From an uncultured archaeon (GTDB taxonomy: Archaea; Asgardarchaeota; Thorarchaeia; Thorarchaeales; Thorarchaeaceae): 32,000 nucleotides of DNA. Positions 19,160 through 25,959 of this stretch are shown here, one piece after another (position 1 is the first letter of the stretch; each line of letters opens with the position of its first letter). The notes below the pieces were generated by a model. The model did no database searches, was not told the origin of the DNA, and was given only the letters and a program-made list of their open reading frames with translations. The stretch is from the NCBI GenBank assembly GCA_964648855.1, contig CAZYLT010000006.1, positions 30,001 through 62,000 of the forward strand, given 5' to 3'. Both the position numbers and the translations under genes were made by a program.

Positions 19160-20092
19160 ATGGTCAAACCAAGTGTCGATGCAGTAGATATAGATCCCAA
19201 GACCGGGTCAACCCTCGGTTTCTATACATTTGGAGCAGACAGGCCACGTGTTCTAATTACTTCGACATTTGATGGGCGATCTGCTGTTTCCATGTATACT
19301 AGCTATCTGATAATGCGAAGCCTGGAAGGATTGAGTAGAGTCAACGGTGCCGTTACCATACTTCCTGTTGCCAATCCCTTGGCATTTCGATTGAGTGCGA
19401 GAATGTCTCCTTTGGACTCCCAGCCCTTGGATAATGTATTTCCAGGAAATGAGCGTGGAACAGTAACAGAGAGGTTAAGCTGGGAGATATGGCGACGGGC
19501 TTCCCAATCTGATTATGTAATAAACTTGGACTTCTCTGTTCAGCCATGCGTGACCCATGCCTTAGCTCTTCATCGAGAGTATATCCATGTAAGGAATCTC
19601 GTATCACAACTAGGATTACCGTATGCTGTACAATCATCTGATACTCGGGGTACATTGCATGTGGAAGCAGCCCATGAAGGTATCCCAGTATCGACAATTA
19701 AGATGCGTGGGTCTCCAAATCAAATAGACCCTCAAGTAGCAGTTGAGGTTAGAGAGTCCATTCTTAATTTCCTTAGTGTGAAGAATATAATTCCAGGAGA
19801 ACCAATTGAAAGCTCGAGCATCTATACTGGAATGCTTCAGCAGGTCTATGTAGATGCAGAGGGGTTCTTTGTTCCTACTGTGAACTCTGGCGAGCAGATT
19901 GAGTCTGGCGATCTCCTCGGCAAAGTACAAGAGAACACCGAAATCAGGGCTCCATTTTCAGGAACTGTCATTGCCATTAGTGGAATGAGTTATGTGTTCG
20001 AAGGTGATAGAATCGCAAAAGTTGCATCTCCCCTAGTGGATCATGAAGCTCTGGAAGAGGAAGAGGATATAACGCCTCGAAGGAAATGGTAG
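19160..20092 (+). CDS. AstE/AspA (M14) family protein with C-terminal barrel-sandwich hybrid domain; catalytic residues appear absent
   Basis: Fold motifs ILPVANPLAF, R.SPLD...L...FPG..RGT.TER, IRAPFSG. The usual HGxE, DLH and catalytic Glu positions are replaced. Confidence 0.78.
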   Translation: MVKPSVDAVDIDPKTGSTLGFYTFGADRPRVLITSTFDGRSAVSMYTSYLIMRSLEGLSRVNGAVTILPVANPLAFRLSARMSPLDSQPLDNVFPGNERGTVTERLSWEIWRRASQSDYVINLDFSVQPCVTHALALHREYIHVRNLVSQLGLPYAVQSSDTRGTLHVEAAHEGIPVSTIKMRGSPNQIDPQVAVEVRESILNFLSVKNIIPGEPIESSSIYTGMLQQVYVDAEGFFVPTVNSGEQIESGDLLGKVQENTEIRAPFSGTVIAISGMSYVFEGDRIAKVASPLVDHEALEEEEDITPRRKW

Positions 20093-20094
20093 CC

Positions 20095-20538
20095 ATGCAA
20101 AGGTCGCAAGGGCAAATTGAACACCTCATGAGAGTTAACGTAGGCGACAATAGGATTCGGGAGAAGGGCAATCTGCTGTTGATTGGAAGTTGCGTAATGG
20201 GCCGATACGGAAAACTCGTTCATGAATTCTCAAAAAAGCATGGGGGTCAGTATCCTCTACAAGTCTGTCTTGAAGAAACTCATGTAAATCAGGCCGGGTT
20301 TAAGATTGGTTCAATTGTCAGATACTCCAATTTGAAGCACATCACTGTCCTCACTGTTGACGGTAGCCCACATTGTGTCCAGCTCCATTATGTAGTTGAG
20401 GACGTAAAGCGGCATTTCACGCCTGAAATCAATATTGAACACTTCGTTATTGAGAAGGGAGAAGTCTTGGAGGTTTCTGCAAGAGCTGTGAAGAGATCAA
20501 GACACCTCTCCAAGATAGAGAAATCGATTGGAAACTAG
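20095..20538 (+). CDS. Small Cys-containing putative Fe-S protein (conserved archaeal family)
   Basis: LLLIGSCV, VCLEETH, ITVLTVDGSPHCVQLH; start may be 20095 or 20128. Confidence 0.65.
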   Translation: MQRSQGQIEHLMRVNVGDNRIREKGNLLLIGSCVMGRYGKLVHEFSKKHGGQYPLQVCLEETHVNQAGFKIGSIVRYSNLKHITVLTVDGSPHCVQLHYVVEDVKRHFTPEINIEHFVIEKGEVLEVSARAVKRSRHLSKIEKSIGN

Positions 20539-21113
20539 AATTTGGGCATCAAAAACCCAACCTTCTGTTTGTACTCTATGTATTCCTGTCCATAATAGTC
20601 GATGAGCTTTCTTTCTTCAAGATGTGCTCCGATTATGGTGTATCCTATTAATGACAATGCATAGACAAGGACTTTAGCGAATGGATAAATCATGGGTAGT
20701 GCAAACAACATCAATATTGTTGCTAGATAGAGCGGGTGTCGGATTTGCCCATAGAGGCCGCTTGTAACCAGCTCTGGCTTTCTTTCCGAACGCATATCTG
20801 CAACTGTACTAACGGATATCACCTGAGACGCCTTCATGGCAAGCACTAATCCTACTACTAGGAGCAAACTACCGATTACCAACCATACTGGTTGTATGAG
20901 TGAAGGGTCGTTGAAGAAGTAAAGCCAATTCCAGAAATCTAGCAGAATAAACGAAACTGCCAACGTTATGATACTCGTTGTGTTGAAGATGCTGCCGTAT
21001 CCGTTTTTTCCCCAGCGTTCGATGATTCTATTCTTTATTCTCAGCGAGGACAGTCCGCTGTGCTGAAGCCCGAATAATGCTACACCCATTACTATCATTA
21101 GATATTCAATCAT
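20535..21113 (-). CDS. Isoprenylcysteine carboxyl methyltransferase / PEMT / NnrU-like membrane protein
   Basis: FGLQHS, LVTSGLYGQIRHPLY, EERKL..YYGQEY..Y; several TM helices; start probably ATG 21113. Confidence 0.85.
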   Translation of the reverse strand: MIEYLMIVMGVALFGLQHSGLSSLRIKNRIIERWGKNGYGSIFNTTSIITLAVSFILLDFWNWLYFFNDPSLIQPVWLVIGSLLLVVGLVLAMKASQVISVSTVADMRSERKPELVTSGLYGQIRHPLYLATILMLFALPMIYPFAKVLVYALSLIGYTIIGAHLEERKLIDYYGQEYIEYKQKVGFLMPKF

Positions 21114-21200
21114 TGTCTTGTCCACTTCGTTCACTATCCCCTTAGTTAAGTCAATCGCCATCAATACCGGGGAATGATTATTGATGAAAGCCAAATGCTT

Positions 21201-21243
21201 ATTAGTTAACTATGGTGAATTAAATTAGTTAACAATTATTAAC
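21201..21243. promoter_or_regulatory. Repeated operator-like motif in a divergent promoter region
   Basis: ATTAGTTAAC at 21201 and 21224 (23-nt spacing), degenerate ATTATTAAC at 21235, perfect palindrome TAGTTAACTA at 21203-21212. Confidence 0.45.
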
Positions 21244-21254
21244 GGTGAGTTATA

Positions 21255-21821
21255 ATGTCTAGCATACCGAACAATCCTTTCGCACCTCTAATCTTCTGGC
21301 ATGATACCAGAGTAACAGTGCGTGAAGATGATGAAGAAAAGAAGATGGATGCAAAAGTCTACCACGTTAGATATATGGTTGGCGAGAGCAGCGAGAAGAA
21401 ATTTCTAGACATTGGTGACAAGGTAGAAAGCTACAATGAGAAATCACTCTACCTTGTGCCCAGCGTTCACAAGCTTAGAGATGACCCATTTCATTACGAT
21501 GGATCAAGGGTGCATCAACTTGTAGGTGAAAAGAATCTCAATGAAACAAAACAGCTCAAGCGAGAAGAGTTCTGTGATGACCATGACATCGTGGAAGTGG
21601 CTTTTGAGAGTCCAGGCGTTGAATGCTGTGCCATGACTATGGAAGAAGCTGATAAAATGGAGGTTCCTTTGCAATACCTTTCAGGCTATCTTCTCGGTAA
21701 GAGTAATGGGATGATTAAGATCGCCATGTCAAAGACCGAACTGGACAATGGCAAGGCATACTATGAAAACATCCGCATCATTCCCGAAAATGTGGTCAAA
21801 AATATCAACTGCCTAGACTAG
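21255..21821 (+). CDS. Hypothetical protein, apparently two internally duplicated beta-rich domains
   Basis: 188-aa ORF with GGTGA upstream. Internal similarity VRYMVGE / LQYLSGY and SVHKLRDDPFHYDGSRV / SKTELDNGKAYYENIRI. Confidence 0.75.
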   Translation: MSSIPNNPFAPLIFWHDTRVTVREDDEEKKMDAKVYHVRYMVGESSEKKFLDIGDKVESYNEKSLYLVPSVHKLRDDPFHYDGSRVHQLVGEKNLNETKQLKREEFCDDHDIVEVAFESPGVECCAMTMEEADKMEVPLQYLSGYLLGKSNGMIKIAMSKTELDNGKAYYENIRIIPENVVKNINCLD

Positions 21822-21830
21822 TTGAAATCA

Positions 21831-21930
21831 TGTAGGGGATTTACCAGTCAGAGGTGGGCGTTCAAATTCATCTCCCTGTTCCAGCTGCCCCTACACAGCT
21901 GGACTTCCTTTCGCTGGTGAGCGCCTGCCT
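21831..21930. ncRNA. Candidate structured RNA element of unknown class
   Basis: GC-rich island with several 7-12 bp complementary pairs, a possible pseudoknot and a downstream T-rich tract (see findings). Confidence 0.45.
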
Positions 21931-22156
21931 ACCATTTTATTCTTCTTCGTTTTTCAGGATGCATCTGATAGCCTTGGAGTTCTTCTATTTGGAGTTTTGA
22001 TTTTTCAGCGTGGAATCGAATGCACACTTAAGCGTACACTTATATGCGCAGAAAACTCGGCGAAAGAACACGAATCGTTGCTAGTTCCGTATCCACGCCG
22101 TTTACAACCTACAATTCATTGAGAACTGGACCGCTGCATGATGCAGGTGTAGAAAC

Positions 22157-23101
22157 ATGGCTAAACCCATCCGTACAACCGGTGATAAACAGAAGGGCGA
22201 TTTTGTTTGTTCCATCTGCGGAAAAGATGAATTCTATGAGGACGAGGCTCGTGGGGAACGAATCTGCATATCGTGCGGATGTGTCGTTACTGAACGCCAT
22301 GTTGATTCCGGTCCTGAATGGAGGGCATTTACTACAGAGGAGAGAAATTCTCGTGCACGAACTGGTGCACCCATGACACTAACAATGGCTGATAAAGGAC
22401 TCTCCACGACTATTAGCTGGAGTGATAGGGATGCAAATGGAAGAGCTATTTCTGGCAGTAAGCGAGCCGCCCTTTATCGAATGAGAAAGTGGCAGATTCG
22501 GACACTGGCTCACAGTTCACAGCATCGCAATCTTTCCATCGCCATGAACGAATTGGATAGACTGACCTCACAGCTTGGTGTTCCCCAAGAAGCCAAGGAA
22601 ACTGCTGCTTTAATTTATCGAAAAGCCCTCAACAAGCGTCTTGTCAGAGGACGAAGCATTGAGGGTATGATTGCCTCTTCTGTATACCTCTCATGCAGAA
22701 TTCACAGAATTCCTAGACAATTAGATGAGATAGTTGAAGAAGCGAGAGTGAACCGGAAAGAACTGGGGCAATGTGTTCGTCTTGTTTTGAGATACGTCAA
22801 AGTGAAAGTTCCCATTCCTTCAGCAAATGATCTCATGCCACGTATATCTGCTGACTTGAAATTGGAAGGCACTACGGTTCAAGCAGCAATGAAGATAATT
22901 AATGATGCACGGGAGAAGGGAATCACAGCAGGTAAGGATCCTGGTGGTCTGGCAGCGGCTGCTCTTTACATCGCTGGAATCATCACTGGGGACAGGCGAA
23001 CCCAGAGAGAGATAGCGGAAGCTTCCAATGTCACGGAAGTCACGGTCAGAAATCGGTACAAAGATTTAGCCACCAATCTGAAAATCACAATTCGTCCATA
23101 A
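22157..23101 (+). CDS. tfb: Transcription initiation factor IIB (paralogue 1)
   Basis: Zn ribbon CSICG/CISCG, B-reader GPEWRAF, DKGLST, RGRSIE, GKDPGGLAAAALY, TQREIA...VTEVTVRNRY. Confidence 0.97.
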   Translation: MAKPIRTTGDKQKGDFVCSICGKDEFYEDEARGERICISCGCVVTERHVDSGPEWRAFTTEERNSRARTGAPMTLTMADKGLSTTISWSDRDANGRAISGSKRAALYRMRKWQIRTLAHSSQHRNLSIAMNELDRLTSQLGVPQEAKETAALIYRKALNKRLVRGRSIEGMIASSVYLSCRIHRIPRQLDEIVEEARVNRKELGQCVRLVLRYVKVKVPIPSANDLMPRISADLKLEGTTVQAAMKIINDAREKGITAGKDPGGLAAAALYIAGIITGDRRTQREIAEASNVTEVTVRNRYKDLATNLKITIRP

Positions 23102-23281
23102 ATCTGATGGATTAGGAGCAAATCTTCCTGTCACCTTCCCCGAGAAATAAGTTTCAAATTTATACCATCATGGCAAAACATTGTTTAATTTTGTAATTTA
23201 ATCGCTATATCCACTGAGGGCAGTCTTCTTAAAACGAGTGTCCATCTTCCGGATGTTTATAAGCACTCGCTCAAAGTCAGA

Positions 23282-23367
23282 CATGTGATGAGTTGAGAAA
23301 ACTCGCTCTCATGCTGAATTTCCCCTCTACTCATAATGCAGTAGCAGCACGCCCAAATCACTGAGAG
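23282..23367 (+). ncRNA. Candidate box C/D guide sRNA
   Basis: TATA TTTATAAG (23256-63), then box C GTGATGA (23285-91), D' CTGA (23314-17), degenerate C' ATAATGC (23333-39) and D CTGA (23361-64). Confidence 0.4.
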
Positions 23368-23390
23368 CAAGATGGAGCTTGTATTCAATA

Positions 23391-24326
23391 ATGGCAAAGA
23401 AGACAGAAAATCAAGCGAAAAACCAACATGTGTGCTCATTGTGTGGCGGGACTGATTTTATCGAGGATTCTAAGAGAGGTGAACGGGTTTGTACTTCCTG
23501 TGGTTGTGTCGCTAGTGACCACGAAATGGACACCGGTCCAGAATGGCGAGCCTTCACCGCTGAAGAACGAAATGCTCGTGCACGAACTGGCGCTCCGGCG
23601 ACATTGATGATAGCTGATAAGGGTCTGGCAACGACGATAAGCTGGGGCAACCGTGATGCGAACGGTCGTTCCATTAAAGGAAGCCGTCGAGCGGCTATCT
23701 ACCGAATGAGAAAATGGCAAATCCGGAGTATGGCTCATGGCTCGAAGCATAGGAATTTATCAATCGCTATGAACGAACTAGAGCGTCTTGGCTCACAGCT
23801 AGGTGTGCCACGGGACTGCAAGGAAACTGCGGCACTAGTATACCGAAAGGCTTTGGACAAACGTCTTGTTCGAGGTCGCAGTATTGAAGGAATGATTGCA
23901 GCCTCCTTGTACCTCTCCTGCAGAATCCATAGAATTCCACGTCAGTTGGACGAGATGACAACGGAAACCAGAATAAAAAGAAAGGAACTGGCGCATTCTG
24001 TGAGACAGATCCTACGATACGTGAATGTCAAAGTTCCATTGCCATCTCCTAACGATTTGATGCCGCGGATTTCTGGCGATTTGAATATGACCGGCCGTGC
24101 AGTACAAAGAGCTACATCAATAATCGAAGAAGCCAGGGCTGAAGGACTAACAGCTGGAAAAGATCCTGGCGGACTTGCCGCAGCATCTCTCTATATAGCG
24201 GGGATTTTGGAGAACGACCGCAGAACTCAGAGAGAGATAGCAAAGGCATCCAATGTGACTGAAGTAACGGTTAGAAACCGATACAAGGAGCTTGTAAACT
24301 CCTTGAACATTACAATGGAGCCATGA
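23391..24326 (+). CDS. tfb: Transcription initiation factor IIB (paralogue 2)
   Basis: Zn ribbon CSLCG/CTSCG, GPEWRAF and both cyclin repeats; start ATG 23391. Confidence 0.97.
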   Translation: MAKKTENQAKNQHVCSLCGGTDFIEDSKRGERVCTSCGCVASDHEMDTGPEWRAFTAEERNARARTGAPATLMIADKGLATTISWGNRDANGRSIKGSRRAAIYRMRKWQIRSMAHGSKHRNLSIAMNELERLGSQLGVPRDCKETAALVYRKALDKRLVRGRSIEGMIAASLYLSCRIHRIPRQLDEMTTETRIKRKELAHSVRQILRYVNVKVPLPSPNDLMPRISGDLNMTGRAVQRATSIIEEARAEGLTAGKDPGGLAAASLYIAGILENDRRTQREIAKASNVTEVTVRNRYKELVNSLNITMEP

Positions 24327-24393
24327 TAGAACGGTAGCGGTGATATAGCCGCTACATTCATTTTCTTTTGTTAACAACTTGGGCTGATAATCA

Positions 24394-25143
24394 ATGCAGC
24401 AATTCCTCCTTGCCTTATGTGGGCTCCCAGCTTCCGGCAAGACTACTCTGGCATCGGAAATAGCTGATGTCATTCCAAGCGAATCAAAGGTGGTCATCGT
24501 AAGTACCGATGATTGGAGAGATAAGACCTATTATGCAAATTTTAAACCACAGAAAGAGAAGGAAGTGCGAGAGAAGGCTCTACAGGAAACATATGAGAAG
24601 CTCAAACAGAAATTCTCTGTTATCCATGATGATACCAATTATTACAATAGTATGCGTCATGAATTGCTCGAGCTCGCACAGGAATTCCATTGTGCCTTCG
24701 CTATCGTTTACATAAGTACGGACATATCTGATGCGCTCACATGGAATGAAGAGCGAGAATCTGATATCCCCCAAAAAGTCATTCGACGAATCAATACTCG
24801 TTTTGATATCCCTGGTAGCAAGTATTCATGGGATGAACCAATGTACCAAGTTGATATGGCAGAAAACAATGTTTCAAGCGTCGCTAGAGAAATAGCACAT
24901 AGGCTTACGGTTCTAGAGCCCGTGCACTATTCACCGCCAGATACAAAAACTACCAATCCAATAGATGTTGCCACTAGGGACCTTGTAGCAGATTTTCTTA
25001 CAGCGCAGAAGGGTCTTCGAAACAACCCGGATGTTTCTATTATTCGGAGGTCTATCGTGAGTCGCGCAAATAGAAAGGGTTGGAGCACAGAACAGGCGCT
25101 TGCTACTCTTACCAGTGAGCTAGAATCTCTGATAGAAGAATGA
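24394..25143 (+). CDS. pstK: O-phosphoseryl-tRNA(Sec) kinase (PSTK; Kti12/PSTK family)
   Basis: LCGLPASGKTT, STDDWR, IHDDTNYYNSMR.EL, N.ER, FDIPG.KY.WD.P, C-terminal D.ATR helical domain; directly adjacent to tRNA-Sec. Confidence 0.92.
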   Translation: MQQFLLALCGLPASGKTTLASEIADVIPSESKVVIVSTDDWRDKTYYANFKPQKEKEVREKALQETYEKLKQKFSVIHDDTNYYNSMRHELLELAQEFHCAFAIVYISTDISDALTWNEERESDIPQKVIRRINTRFDIPGSKYSWDEPMYQVDMAENNVSSVAREIAHRLTVLEPVHYSPPDTKTTNPIDVATRDLVADFLTAQKGLRNNPDVSIIRRSIVSRANRKGWSTEQALATLTSELESLIEE

Positions 25144-25234
25144 TGGCGGCTCCCCAAGAGAATCGAACTCTAATCCCTTTCGCGATCATGGGTTTGAAGC
25201 CCACGGAGCCGGACCACCGACCCTATAGGGAGCC
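25144..25234 (-). tRNA. selC: tRNA-Sec (anticodon UCA), archaeal/eukaryotic 9/4 fold; CCA encoded
   Basis: 9-bp acceptor GGCTCCCTA/TGGGGAGCC, 7-bp D stem GGGTCGG/CCGGCTC with 4-nt loop, anticodon arm GTGGG-CT TCA AA-CCCAT, long variable arm, 4-bp T stem AGAG-TTCGATT-CTCT, discriminator G; 91 nt. Confidence 0.96.
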
Positions 25235-25283
25235 TTGGACTAACCAGTTACATTTTGGACTTAAGGCTATAGAAATAAACAAT

Positions 25284-25934
25284 CTAAAGATACTTGTCGA
25301 TAACCATATGAGTTGACTTTTTCCACTCGATAGATTTCTTTGCTAAGCCCGAAGCCAAGTCGGTTGGTGTAGGCTCATCTCTGGATAGGTTGTCGAATCT
25401 CGATAGCCATGCACTGGTGCTCAATGTTAATGGATCTACAGCTTCTCCCTCTGTTGCCTTTATCATCATCTCCCGGCCATGAGCTAGCATATAATATACG
25501 TCCGACAAGGGCATCTTCTCAAATATGTAATATAGCAGCTTATCCCAACATGTCTTCGCTACTAAGGCTCTCCGAAGCTTGGACTCAGCTTCGGATGTTA
25601 GGGAGAGATATTTCTCTATTGATGTTTCCGTCCTCTGAGTCAATTCGTCTGCAAGAGCATTGATGTCAACTTCGTTATCACCGTGAATGACCATCTCTAC
25701 TCTACTTGTATTCTCGAGGACTTCCAATTCTAAGCCAACTTTGGCGTCATTATATTTTGCAGAAAAAGATGCGCGGCCTTCAAACTCTTGGGCTTCTGCT
25801 TCTCCATAATCAGTTAGATAAACCCCTGGTTGAGACGCCATAACATACCATGCAATTCTGAATACAATCGGCGGCTCAGGCTTTTCAAAGGTCATTTTCC
25901 TGGTTGCTTCGTAGTCAAACTTATCCTCTTTCAT
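25284..25934 (-). CDS. Hypothetical protein inside the Sec cluster
   Basis: 216-aa ORF with SD GGGAGG; 25 nt after sepsecS and 49 nt before tRNA-Sec, on the same strand. Confidence 0.85.
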   Translation of the reverse strand: MKEDKFDYEATRKMTFEKPEPPIVFRIAWYVMASQPGVYLTDYGEAEAQEFEGRASFSAKYNDAKVGLELEVLENTSRVEMVIHGDNEVDINALADELTQRTETSIEKYLSLTSEAESKLRRALVAKTCWDKLLYYIFEKMPLSDVYYMLAHGREMMIKATEGEAVDPLTLSTSAWLSRFDNLSRDEPTPTDLASGLAKKSIEWKKSTHMVIDKYL

Positions 25935-25959
25935 GAAGAGAGCCCTCCCTTTAGGCGTT

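Noticed and set aside
20535-21113. Protein prenylation system linking the ICMT-like gene, geranylgeranyl reductase and the Rab-like GTPase
   Set aside because: The GTPase has no C-terminal Cys motif, no prenyltransferase is present, and both enzyme families are widespread in prokaryotes.
21845-21878. Eukaryote-type SECIS reading (AUGA...UGA) on the minus strand
   Set aside because: Only about 16 nt between the core halves, no long helix II, and no UGA-containing gene upstream on that strand.
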